A stretch of 21,136 nt of DNA from Myxococcota bacterium (GCA_036337435.1 JAYZEG010000039.1:1-21136); one strand, 5' to 3'. Shown: positions 8,128 to 17,118, numbered from the stretch's first letter. Made by a program: numbers and translations. The notes: generated by a model not told the origin, from the sequence alone.

Positions 8128-9615
8128 CTACACTTCGTAAATGCAAAAGCCATCTTCCGAGCAATATCCAAACAGTCCGCCCTCTTGGCATGGGTCGTCT
8201 GTGTAGCCCTCGCAGTCATCCGACCACGTTCCACCGGGGAGGCACCATTGCCAACCACATTGGCCACAGTCTCGACGCGCCCCGTTGCTATTGCCGCATC
8301 CGTTCCATTCACAATCCATATTGCAAACTTGGACACCACACTCACCGCAGGGTTGCTCGTCGCCTGGTGCGCAGACCCCGTCGTTTCTGCACGGTTCCCA
8401 TTGACAATCATCACCGCAGAATCGAAGTCCGCAATTACCGCATGCTTGAACATCACCGGGTTGGCAGGCACCGCGTTCTTCACAGGCAAGCCATATGCCC
8501 CAGTCTCCGTTCCGGCAATCCCTGCGCTCCACACCACATTGACCGCATTCCCTCGTTTCCGTTTCACCGTCTCGGCACGCGTTCGCACACTCACCATCAC
8601 CCCGGCACTGTTGTCCACCAGGACATCTTTCGACCGGACCCCATGCAGCACACCCTTGGGCATCAGAACAGACCTGGTAACCGTCATTAACGCACCGGCG
8701 GCTGCCCGGATTACATTCTGGCTCACAGCCTTGGACACAGCCCAGTTGTTGACCATCACAGACTTGTCCAGGACCGCACGGCTGAATGGCACCCCATGTC
8801 GGACATCCGTTGAATTGGTTGGGCACGCAGATCTGGATACCGCCTTGGAAACATCTCTCGCGAACCAGTTGGCATTCGGGGGGAGATGGACATGGGTTCT
8901 CGCATTGTCCGTTTGCCCGATTGCAGCGGAGTCCGTCGGGACAATTTTGCGGCGAATTGTAGTCCAAACAAGAGTTCGCTTGGCGGCTGCATTGCTGGAA
9001 AGATGAGTCATCTAAACAGACGACGGAGTTTTCAGAGCAGCTATCGCGGCATGCTTGGCCCGCGCCCTGACATTGCCCCCCAGAACAGACCTGCCCTGCT
9101 GGACAGACTTCAGTATCGGACCAACGCGTACATTGTCCGTCCAGGACACAGCGAGAAAATGCTGCATCTCCTGTACAGCGGACAGTGCCTTCATCACATT
9201 GATCGCTACATCGCCCGGGCTCGCATCGCACCCGACCCGGTTGGCACACTTCGCCGACTGGACACGGCTGTGTTTCGCCCCAGACTCCACATTCACCTTG
9301 GCCCCTTTCACAGGTTTGCAGACCAGAGGGACGACACTGTGTTTCGCCCGGTGTACACGCCGATTCACAGGACCGCGTACAGATTCCGTCCTGGCAAACG
9401 CCGCTGATACAGTTCCGGGGCACCGTCCACTGTCCCCGGTCATTGCACAGTTGTGTCTTGTTTTGCCCGACGACGCATTTACGGCTGCCTGGCGAACATT
9501 CTTGGTCAGCACCACCACCCGGCCCCTGTCCGAGGCCTCCGTCGAGGCCCGATGGCAAGTCTCCGCTGACGCAGGCGACAAAACAGATGGATATCAAGGC
9601 TAATACGTACCGCAT
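8128..9615 (-). CDS. Cysteine-rich repeat lipoprotein (~495 aa, ~72 Cys)
   Basis: Likely start ATG 9615 (MRYVLALISICFVAC, lipobox FVAC), then a Gly-rich linker, six ~45-55 aa Cys repeats and four CGxCG-type repeats. The stop lies 18 nt before the prs ATG. Confidence 0.8.
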   Translation of the reverse strand: MRYVLALISICFVACVSGDLPSGLDGGLGQGPGGGADQECSPGSRKCVVGQNKTQLCNDRGQWTVPRNCISGVCQDGICTRSCESACTPGETQCRPSGLQTCERGQGECGVWGETQPCPVGEVCQPGRVRCEPGRCSDQCDEGTVRCTGDAAFSRCVLDGQCTRWSDTEVCPAGQVCSGGQCQGAGQACRDSCSENSVVCLDDSSFQQCSRQANSCLDYNSPQNCPDGLRCNRANGQCENPCPSPPECQLVRERCFQGGIQICVPNQFNGCPTWGAIQPCGPGQVCDGQQLGCVQGCEPECNPGSRRCVNDGYQVCSDAQGCAAWGPVERCPGGQQCRGDGECANACRDGETETRECGQCGVERRDCRNGDWGIWLACEERGACQPGDVQACGNCGLRFCGDDCQWEPCRNDGVCAPGDEQPCGECGVQVCNMDCEWNGCGNSNGARRDCGQCGWQWCLPGGTWSDDCEGYTDDPCQEGGLFGYCSEDGFCIYEV

Positions 9616-9755
9616 GTCATCACGATACTGCATGCCGCCGGTCTTTGTCTCACTTTTCGCACCACAGCCTTCGAATACCTCATACGGGGGTTGAAAACCG
9701 GCTCTAATTGGTACCAAATGTGAATAGTAAACGCATGAGTTTGGGGACATAAAAT

Positions 9756-10421
9756 ATGAAATCGAAGAAAGTAGGGGTCATTCTTGCTGGGTGTGGTTGG
9801 TTAGACGGTGCAGAGATTCAAGAAGCCGTCTGTACTTTACTCGCTCTGGATCAACGCGGTGCAGAGACCATCATCATGGCGCCAAACAAAGAGCAAATGC
9901 ACGTCGTCGACCATTTGGCCGAAGCACCCGCGGAGGGCCAGACGAGAAATGTCATGATCGAATCTGCCCGTATTGCTCGAGGCGCTATCGTGGATATCGC
10001 TACCGTCGATGCCGGAGATTTAGATGCGCTCGTCATCCCGGGTGGATTTGGCGCGGCAAAAAATCTTTGTAGTTTCGCGACGGAGGGTCCAGAAATGAGC
10101 GTGGACGATCACGTTGCAAACCTGATCAGAGCCATCCATAGCTCAGGCAAACCGTTAGGCTTCATTTGCATTGCCCCGGCCATCGCAGCCAAAATACTGG
10201 GTCCAGATCACGGTGTCGAAGTTACAATCGGATCCGATGCGGGCACGGCTGATGCAATCCGCGCCATGGGAGCCCAGCATGTCGACACAAATCCGGGAGA
10301 AATTCACGTCGATGAAACGAATAATGTGATCTCCACACCGGCTTACATGGTCGGGCCATCCATTGCGCAGGTTCATGCGGGCATCGATCGACTGGTCGGC
10401 ACGGTCCTCGATCGTTGCTAG
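9756..10421 (+). CDS. elbB: ElbB/ES1-type glyoxalase, DJ-1/PfpI superfamily ('isoprenoid biosynthesis protein ElbB')
   Basis: ILAGCGWLDGAEIQEAV, ESARIARG, PGGFGAAKNL, catalytic FICIAP and STPAYM; 221 aa. Confidence 0.93.
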   Translation: MKSKKVGVILAGCGWLDGAEIQEAVCTLLALDQRGAETIIMAPNKEQMHVVDHLAEAPAEGQTRNVMIESARIARGAIVDIATVDAGDLDALVIPGGFGAAKNLCSFATEGPEMSVDDHVANLIRAIHSSGKPLGFICIAPAIAAKILGPDHGVEVTIGSDAGTADAIRAMGAQHVDTNPGEIHVDETNNVISTPAYMVGPSIAQVHAGIDRLVGTVLDRC

Positions 10422-10485
10422 ACTTCTTTGGATTCAATCATTACCCCTTGACCGAGACCAATCAACTCGAAAGCAAGAAGGCGCA

Positions 10486-11550
10486 ATGACCGGTAGACAT
10501 CAGAGGAAATTAGACCACATCGACCATTGTGCGGATGACAGGGCGGTTTTCAAAAGCCACGAAGGGTTATTTGAAGACGTCACCTTGATACACAATGCCT
10601 TGCCTGAATTAGCGATGCATGAAATCGACCTGACGACACCGCTCATCAATTCAACCCTTTCAGCGCCTTTGATGGTGACAGGCATGACCGGGGGGCCAGA
10701 TAAAGCGGGCGAGATCAATCGTGGTATTGCACAAGTCTGCGACCGTCTGGGACTCGCGTTCGGCGTGGGGTCCCAAAGATTGCTCACCGATACACCAGAT
10801 GCTGTGCGGACCTATTCCGTTCGTGACATTGCGCCCAGCCTGGTTTTATTTGGTAATCTTGGCGTCAACCAAGCGCGTGACCTCGGGCCAATTAAGGTGG
10901 CCGAATTGATGAAAAGCATCGGTGCCGACTATATGGCGATTCACCTCAACGCAGCTATGGAATTATGCCAACCCGGGGCCGATGCTGATAGCGATTTTCG
11001 CGGCGGATTTGATACCATCGGTCGCGTCGTAGACGCACTGGATGGGCGTGTCTTGGTGAAGGAATGTGGCTGTGGCATTGGGCCAAATCAATTTCGCCGA
11101 TTGGTCGAACTGGGCGTACCGGCCATCGATGTCAGTGGGTCTGGAGGGACCAGCTGGGTCAAGGTCGAGGCATTACGAGCCACGGGACAATTGGCTCAGC
11201 TTGGGGAGACGTTTGCTGAGTGGGGCATACCGACCCTGGCGGCAACTGGGCTCGCAAGTCGAATTGGGGGCGCACAAATTATCTCATCTGGCGGTGTCGA
11301 TTCCGGATTGAAAGCCGCAAAGGCTCTGGCTTTAGGTGCGACGGTCGCTGGCAGTGCAAGACCTGTTTTGCAAGCTTTTTTGAGAGGTGGAGAAGAAGAC
11401 GCTACAGCATTTTTAGAGACGGTGATCGCAGGCCTTCGAACGGCTATGGCTTTGACGGGATGTCGGCGTCCCGCTGAGTTGGCCCAGAGGCCCAAATTAC
11501 TCGGTGGGCGCCTGCAGCAGTGGCTGGCTCTGTCTGAGACCACCCCATGA
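10486..11550 (+). CDS. fni: Type 2 isopentenyl-diphosphate delta-isomerase (FMN-dependent IDI-2)
   Basis: RKLDHI, MTGG, GVGSQR, HLN, VKECGCG, DVSGSGGTSW, WGIPT and SGG. Start ATG 10486 with AGAAGG upstream; the track's 10363 start overlaps elbB. Confidence 0.92.
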   Translation: MTGRHQRKLDHIDHCADDRAVFKSHEGLFEDVTLIHNALPELAMHEIDLTTPLINSTLSAPLMVTGMTGGPDKAGEINRGIAQVCDRLGLAFGVGSQRLLTDTPDAVRTYSVRDIAPSLVLFGNLGVNQARDLGPIKVAELMKSIGADYMAIHLNAAMELCQPGADADSDFRGGFDTIGRVVDALDGRVLVKECGCGIGPNQFRRLVELGVPAIDVSGSGGTSWVKVEALRATGQLAQLGETFAEWGIPTLAATGLASRIGGAQIISSGGVDSGLKAAKALALGATVAGSARPVLQAFLRGGEEDATAFLETVIAGLRTAMALTGCRRPAELAQRPKLLGGRLQQWLALSETTP

Positions 11551-12824
11551 CCGACTCTCGTATTCCCGGTTTTTATCGATTGCCGATCGACCGTCGACAT
11601 GCAGAACTGAAGAATAGACTCGGACTAACCGATGATGAATTACGGATTCTTTCCGATGGGTCGAGTCTCGAACCTGCACGCGCTGATAAGATGGTGGAAA
11701 ACTGTGTCGGTGTGTTCGCACTGCCGGTTGGCCTTGGGTTAAATTTTCAGATTAATGACCGCGATTATATCGTTCCGATGGTGGTTGAAGAACCCTCTGT
11801 CGTCGCCGCGGTCAGCAACATGGCAAAACTGGTCAGACAAAACGGTGGCTTCAGTGCTGATGCAGACCCGGGTATTATGATCGCGCAGGTTCAAGTCGTG
11901 AATGTAGCCGATCACAACCAAGCAGCAGCAGCACTCACGGGGGCTGAGGCTCAGATTCTGGCTCTGGCCAATTCGAAGAATCCAAATATGATCGCGCGCG
12001 GTGGTGGGGCTCACGGGATTGAGATCCGTCATTTTGATGAACCTTATCGGATGCTCGTTCTGCATCTCTTGGTTGATTGTGTCGATGCCATGGGTGCCAA
12101 CGCTGTCAACTCAATGGCCGAGGGGATCGCACCCCTTGTCGAAGAGCTGACAGGGGGCCGAGTTTATCTACGAATTCTGAGTAATCTTGCAGACCGGCGT
12201 TGTGCCAGAGCGCGTTGTCGAGTCCATGAGAACGCATTGGCAGGAAAAGGGTTTTCTGGTGCCGAGGTCGTTGAAGGCATCGTCCAAGCCTACAAGTTTG
12301 CAGCCATCGATCCATATCGGGCTGCGACCCACAATAAAGGCGTCATGAATGGAGTTGACGCTGTTGCTGTGGCGACCGGAAATGATTGGCGAAGTGTTGA
12401 GGCGGGGGCCCATGCTTTCGCTGCCCGAGGTGGGCGGTACACATCGCTGACAAAGTGGTGGCGAGATGGGGATTATCTGAGGGGGGAAATTGAATTGCCC
12501 ATGGCCATCGGCACGGTGGGCGGGTCGACCCGAGTCCATCCCACCGTGGGCGTCCTCAGGAAAATCCTCGCAGTCGAGTCGGCCCGGGAGCTGGCCATGG
12601 TTATGGCTGCCGTTGGCCTGGCGCAAAACATGGGCGCACTGAAAGCACTTGCAACTGAGGGCATTCAACGGGGGCACATGTCACTGCATGCTCGTCAAGC
12701 AGCGCTCGCGGCGGGTGTCAGCGAAAAGCTCATAGACCAAGTGGCGGCCCGGATCATTGCGAGTGGTGAAATCAAACCAGCGGCCGCGGCCGCCATCGCG
12801 GCTGAGTTGGAGGACGAGAGCTGA
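11547..12824 (+). CDS. mvaA: Class II HMG-CoA reductase
   Basis: ENCVG, EEPSVVAA, DAMGAN, RILSNL, RAATHNKG, TGNDWR and GIQRGHMSLH (catalytic His). ATGA overlap with fni. Confidence 0.95.
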   Translation: MTDSRIPGFYRLPIDRRHAELKNRLGLTDDELRILSDGSSLEPARADKMVENCVGVFALPVGLGLNFQINDRDYIVPMVVEEPSVVAAVSNMAKLVRQNGGFSADADPGIMIAQVQVVNVADHNQAAAALTGAEAQILALANSKNPNMIARGGGAHGIEIRHFDEPYRMLVLHLLVDCVDAMGANAVNSMAEGIAPLVEELTGGRVYLRILSNLADRRCARARCRVHENALAGKGFSGAEVVEGIVQAYKFAAIDPYRAATHNKGVMNGVDAVAVATGNDWRSVEAGAHAFAARGGRYTSLTKWWRDGDYLRGEIELPMAIGTVGGSTRVHPTVGVLRKILAVESARELAMVMAAVGLAQNMGALKALATEGIQRGHMSLHARQAALAAGVSEKLIDQVAARIIASGEIKPAAAAAIAAELEDES

Positions 12825-13771
12825 TGGAGACCCAGAGACGTGTCGGTCGTGGTGCAGCACCCGGAAAGGTCATTCTATTTGGTGAACACGCTGTTGTTTA
12901 CGGTCAACCTGCGATTGCTGCGGCCCTCGGGCACGGCTTAGGCGCGACCGTAATCGAAACCGGCAATAGACCCTTGTTACAAATCCCTCGTTGGACTGGT
13001 GGAGGTTTGTCTGTGTCGCCCGATGCTCAAGAAACCGCTGGTGGGATGGCACGTGCGTTTGCCATTGCCATGGAGGCGGTTGACCTGTCATCTGCAGGAG
13101 GATTCTCTGTCACCATCGACGGTGAGCTGCCACTCGGTGTCGGTTTGGGCAGCAGTGCAGCTTTCGCCGTTTCACTTTTGCGCGGTCTTGCTGATTTTCA
13201 GCGTCAGAAATTGGCTGAACCCGATCTCTTATTTCATGCTCAAGAGATCGAGAAATTATTCCATGGCAACCCAAGTGGACTCGACCATACAGTCGCCGCT
13301 ACGGGGCATTGTCTACACTTTTTAGCCGGGAAGAAACCCACATTCGAGACGATACACCTAAAGACCACAATCCCCCTCGTCGTTGCGTGGACACCGAGGC
13401 GTGGAACCACAGCCGATGCCGTTTATTCGTTACGAGAACGATGGGCAGCTTCGCGCAGCCATTATGACAGTTTGTTTTCTCAGATGGGCAACATCAGCTT
13501 GGCCGGCAGGGCTGCTTTAGAGGTTGGAGACCTCACGCAGTTGGGACAGCTGTTCCAGGACAATCATCGGTGTCTACAGGCGTGTGGCGTCAGTGATCCC
13601 AGCAATGACCAGATGGTTGATATTGCAATTGCTCAAGGTGCTTTGGGCGCAAAATTGACGGGTGCCGGGCAAGGTGGAGCCGTCATTGCTCTCTGTCCCC
13701 ATGAACCGCATCGCGTTGTCCAAGCGATGGCCGAAGCCGGCTTCTCAGCTCTCTTCACCCAAGTAAACTAA
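12824..13771 (+). CDS. mvk: Mevalonate kinase (GHMP family)
   Basis: APGKVILFGEHAVVYG, LPLGVGLGSSAA, HGNPSGLD and GAKLTGAGQGG. TGATG overlap with mvaA. Confidence 0.92.
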   Translation: METQRRVGRGAAPGKVILFGEHAVVYGQPAIAAALGHGLGATVIETGNRPLLQIPRWTGGGLSVSPDAQETAGGMARAFAIAMEAVDLSSAGGFSVTIDGELPLGVGLGSSAAFAVSLLRGLADFQRQKLAEPDLLFHAQEIEKLFHGNPSGLDHTVAATGHCLHFLAGKKPTFETIHLKTTIPLVVAWTPRRGTTADAVYSLRERWAASRSHYDSLFSQMGNISLAGRAALEVGDLTQLGQLFQDNHRCLQACGVSDPSNDQMVDIAIAQGALGAKLTGAGQGGAVIALCPHEPHRVVQAMAEAGFSALFTQVN

Positions 13772-14744
13772 GCCCGTTGTTGTCAATTTTCAGTCGAAAA
13801 CAGAGATAGCCGGATTCGCTTAGTTCCGCCTCCAAATCTTGCTCGTTAGCCTGGGTTGAACCGATTACCCACGCGAGGTCACCTCCCCCTGCTCCGGTGG
13901 TCTTTACGCAACCACGGCGACCCACATAATCTGAGAGCTTTTGGTGACTCTCTGTCCACAGCCCGACCTGTGTCAGGTGGCCGAGGGCTGAGGTGGCTTC
14001 GTTCGCGCTCTGTGCGGCACTGATTAACATCGATCTTTGGCCCGCTGTCCAAGCCAAGCGTCCAGCCTTCGCCGATTCACCTAGTTGAGCCATACAGTTT
14101 GCATCTTCCTTGGATGCTCTGTGTTTGTGAACTGCCTTGACTAAGGTTTTCGTATTGGCTGGCTGCCCCGTCCAAACTGTCAGAATCGATGTGATCGGTG
14201 TCGTGACGGATGTGACATGTGCGACGCCAAATTCCGTCTCGATCCGCTTCTCATGGGTGAAGCGGTCGCTGGAGACCCCGTCCCAATTGTACCATAGACT
14301 GCCGCCCAGCGTACTGGCCGCAACGTCTATTCCACTGCCCAGCCCTTGGACTCTACGATGACTCGTTTGCGCGATCTTGTACACGGTCTCTGGAGTCATC
14401 GCGCGGCCCATACTCGTGAGGGCAGCGCCAACAAATGACACTGTAGACGCAGCACTGCTGCCGAGACCCAATTTGCCTTCGCTGCATTCAAACCCTGTGG
14501 ACGACAGATCGAATCGACCGTTTTTGACGCCGAGTTCTTGGACCACATCTTTGATAAATGGCAACTCCAATCCGTGAGGTTTGGGGGGATGACAACCAAA
14601 CCGCCCCGCATCAACTTGGAGAGTTTTTTGGGGTCGACTCCTCGTTTGCACATGTCGATCGACAGCAACGACCAACGCATCGTACCCATCGAGAACTGCG
14701 TACTCGCCGAAGAGAATGACTTTGCCCGGTGCTTGACTGTTCAC
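13755..14744 (-). CDS. mvaK2: Phosphomevalonate kinase (GHMP family)
   Basis: APGKVILFGEYAVL, KLGLGSSAA, QGLGSGIDVAAS and KTTGAGGGD (PMK-type motifs). The probable GTG start at 14744 overlaps the mvaD stop (GTGA). Confidence 0.85.
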   Translation of the reverse strand: MNSQAPGKVILFGEYAVLDGYDALVVAVDRHVQTRSRPQKTLQVDAGRFGCHPPKPHGLELPFIKDVVQELGVKNGRFDLSSTGFECSEGKLGLGSSAASTVSFVGAALTSMGRAMTPETVYKIAQTSHRRVQGLGSGIDVAASTLGGSLWYNWDGVSSDRFTHEKRIETEFGVAHVTSVTTPITSILTVWTGQPANTKTLVKAVHKHRASKEDANCMAQLGESAKAGRLAWTAGQRSMLISAAQSANEATSALGHLTQVGLWTESHQKLSDYVGRRGCVKTTGAGGGDLAWVIGSTQANEQDLEAELSESGYLCFRLKIDNNGLSLLG

Positions 14745-15718
14745 AGTGCTAGACAATGTGCGCCTGGGCCCGGCTTGGCCACAGCAATTTGGTCTGGGTG
14801 AATCATCTCAGACAGCGCACTGACCACAGGTCTCACGTCGGTTTCCAGGCAGAGCACTTTGACATGTGGACCGGCATCCATAGTATACCAAGCACCTACG
14901 CCGCGATGCCTTAAAGATTCAATGCAATCCATCATCTGCAGTGTCACCCCTCTCAGATAGCGGAGAGGTGGGTCACTCGCCAACATACAGGCATGCATAC
15001 GCATGGTAGAGACCTCCATGACATGCCCGAGGGCCTCAATGTCTCGGTTCTCGATGGCTTGACGCGCTCTCGATAAGTGTTCTGGGTGTTGCTTGACCCA
15101 CGCTCGGTAGTACGGACTCGTCGCTTGAGTGATGGCCATGCCCTCTCTGGATGAGGTTTTCTTCGGTGCCTGAGTCGCTTGCGCGACGACCATTCGAATC
15201 GGCCAATCTGTTCCATTCCAGAGCGATTTGACATGACCGGAATCGCGCTCCAGTTCAACCAAGCCTGGCAAGAGCGAGCGTGGTGCCGAACCAGAACCCC
15301 GCCTCACCAAATCGAGGAAGGTTGGATTATGGACCAGCTGTTTGACTGGGAGCCCAGCGGCATGCCATGTGGCTGTAGCCAGTGCAGCTGTTCCGCTCGC
15401 TGAGCTGGCTAGTCCCGACGCGGTTGGAACCCGATTCGTACTGCTGATTGTCGCAAAAGAATCTATAGACGCAATGCGGCGGACTTCATCGACGAGTTGG
15501 TTAACACGGGTGTCTTCACGCGCGGTTCCATTCAGGATGAAGACATTCCGGTCATGATTATCGCTAAAGTGAACGGTCGTCTCAGTCGTAAACGTATCGA
15601 GGGTCAAAGACAGGCTGCCAACAGCCGGTTGATTGAGTTCAGAGTTCCTCTTTCCCCAGTACTTAATCAGAGCAATATTAATGCCGGCTTGTGCCTTTAC
15701 TTTCTTATGATTCGGCAT
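14741..15718 (-). CDS. mvaD: Diphosphomevalonate decarboxylase
   Basis: NIALIKYWGK, PTASGLASSASG, RRGSGSAPRS, SSREGM and YTMDAGPHVKV. Likely ATG at 15718, 13 nt after the pepP stop. Confidence 0.93.
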   Translation of the reverse strand: MPNHKKVKAQAGINIALIKYWGKRNSELNQPAVGSLSLTLDTFTTETTVHFSDNHDRNVFILNGTAREDTRVNQLVDEVRRIASIDSFATISSTNRVPTASGLASSASGTAALATATWHAAGLPVKQLVHNPTFLDLVRRGSGSAPRSLLPGLVELERDSGHVKSLWNGTDWPIRMVVAQATQAPKKTSSREGMAITQATSPYYRAWVKQHPEHLSRARQAIENRDIEALGHVMEVSTMRMHACMLASDPPLRYLRGVTLQMMDCIESLRHRGVGAWYTMDAGPHVKVLCLETDVRPVVSALSEMIHPDQIAVAKPGPGAHCLAL

Positions 15719-15731
15719 GGCGGCGCGTACA

Positions 15732-17075
15732 TTAAAGCGAGAGTGGTTGGCTACCAACCAACGCTTCTATTTCATCGATTTCTTTGGGGATTGCAGCGGT
15801 CAGATTTTCCGGGTCACCGGCCGTAATTACGATATCATCTTCGATCCGGATACCAATCCCTCGATAGCCCTCAGGAACATCCAAGTCCGCTGGAGATATG
15901 TAAATTCCAGGCTCTACCGTCAAGACCATTCCGGGTTCGAATGACCGAGGTGATCCATCACGTTGATATTCACCGACGTCATGGACATCCATGCCAATCC
16001 AATGGCTTGTCCTATGCATGTAGAAACGTCGATACGATTCATTTGCGATCGCTTCCTGAACCGGACCCTCTAGAAGATTTAGGGCGATGAGTCCCTCCAC
16101 CAGTGTCCGAACAGCTATGTCATGGACAGCATCGATGTTACCGCCGACAACACATGCGGCAATACAGGCTTTTTCAGCCTTCAGGACCAACTCATAGATG
16201 TCTCTTTGTTCATCGGTAAAACGCCCGCTGACGGGCCAGGTTCGCGTCACATCCGATGCGTAATACTCTTTTTCACAGCCCGCATCGACCAAGACCAGTT
16301 CGTTGGCTTCAAGCTCTCGTGTGCCGGCCCGATAGTGCAAGACACATGCGTTTGGTCCGCTCCCGACAATGGATGGATACGCATTTCGCGCGGACCCTCG
16401 TACGCGCCATTCAAACTCCATTGCGGCTTCGATTTGGTATTCCCGTGCTCCAGGGACTGTGACGGCCATGGCTTTCTTGTGGCCGAGCGACGTCAATGCA
16501 GCAGCCCGACGCATGGTTTCTAGTTCGGATGCATCCTTGATGAGCCGCATTTCGTGGAGCATCGGCGACACGTCAGACATCCCAGTCGGTACGTCATTAT
16601 CCCGCCGACGTGATCGCTTCGCACGCGTCACTGCATCGATGACCATTTGATCGTTCTGCTCACGGTCGTTTCGAGCGAGGTCATAATAGACGTGGTCAGC
16701 ACCCATCATAAGTTCATGCAGTTTTTGTTGAAGACTTTCGATGGGATAGGCGACATCAACTCCCAGTGTCTTGGGCGCGGCTTCGACTCCTAATCGAACA
16801 CCATCCCAAATTTCTCGTTCCACGTTGCGACTTCGAAGAAACATGATCGACTTTGGTTGCTCGTGCCCTCTGGCGTCTAAAACGAGCACACAGTCTGGCT
16901 CTTCAAAACCGCTCAGATAGTAAAGGTCTGAATCCTGCCGAAAGTCGTGATGGACGTCGTCATTGCGAATCGATTCCTTCGGCGCACAGAAAATTGCGAT
17001 GCCTCCGGCAATTTTTTTAATCAGTTTTTGTCTTCGTTCGGCGTACATTTCCGATCTCGTTTTGGCAATCTGCAT
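15732..17075 (-). CDS. pepP: Xaa-Pro aminopeptidase P (canonical PepP-like)
   Basis: RNDDVHHDFRQDSDLYYLSGFEEP, EIWDG, MRLIKD, VDAGCE, YASDVTRTWP, YMHRTSHWIGMDVHDVG, TVEPG and GIRIEDD. Start is 17075 or 17048. Confidence 0.93.
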   Translation of the reverse strand: MQIAKTRSEMYAERRQKLIKKIAGGIAIFCAPKESIRNDDVHHDFRQDSDLYYLSGFEEPDCVLVLDARGHEQPKSIMFLRSRNVEREIWDGVRLGVEAAPKTLGVDVAYPIESLQQKLHELMMGADHVYYDLARNDREQNDQMVIDAVTRAKRSRRRDNDVPTGMSDVSPMLHEMRLIKDASELETMRRAAALTSLGHKKAMAVTVPGAREYQIEAAMEFEWRVRGSARNAYPSIVGSGPNACVLHYRAGTRELEANELVLVDAGCEKEYYASDVTRTWPVSGRFTDEQRDIYELVLKAEKACIAACVVGGNIDAVHDIAVRTLVEGLIALNLLEGPVQEAIANESYRRFYMHRTSHWIGMDVHDVGEYQRDGSPRSFEPGMVLTVEPGIYISPADLDVPEGYRGIGIRIEDDIVITAGDPENLTAAIPKEIDEIEALVGSQPLSL

Positions 17076-17118
17076 CCAGAATAGCGTCAATAGCAGTCTC
17101 TTAGCACGACGAAAAGTG

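Noticed and set aside
8062..9603. Stack of long alternative-frame ORFs (8062..9006+, 8097..8690+, 8106..9011-, 8886..9407+, 9012..9581-, 9055..9603+) suggesting overlapping genes
   Set aside because: These are shadows of the Cys/Gly/Gln-rich repeat gene, whose codon bias depletes stops in other frames. The translations are biased to Ala/Thr/Val or Arg/His and show no motifs.
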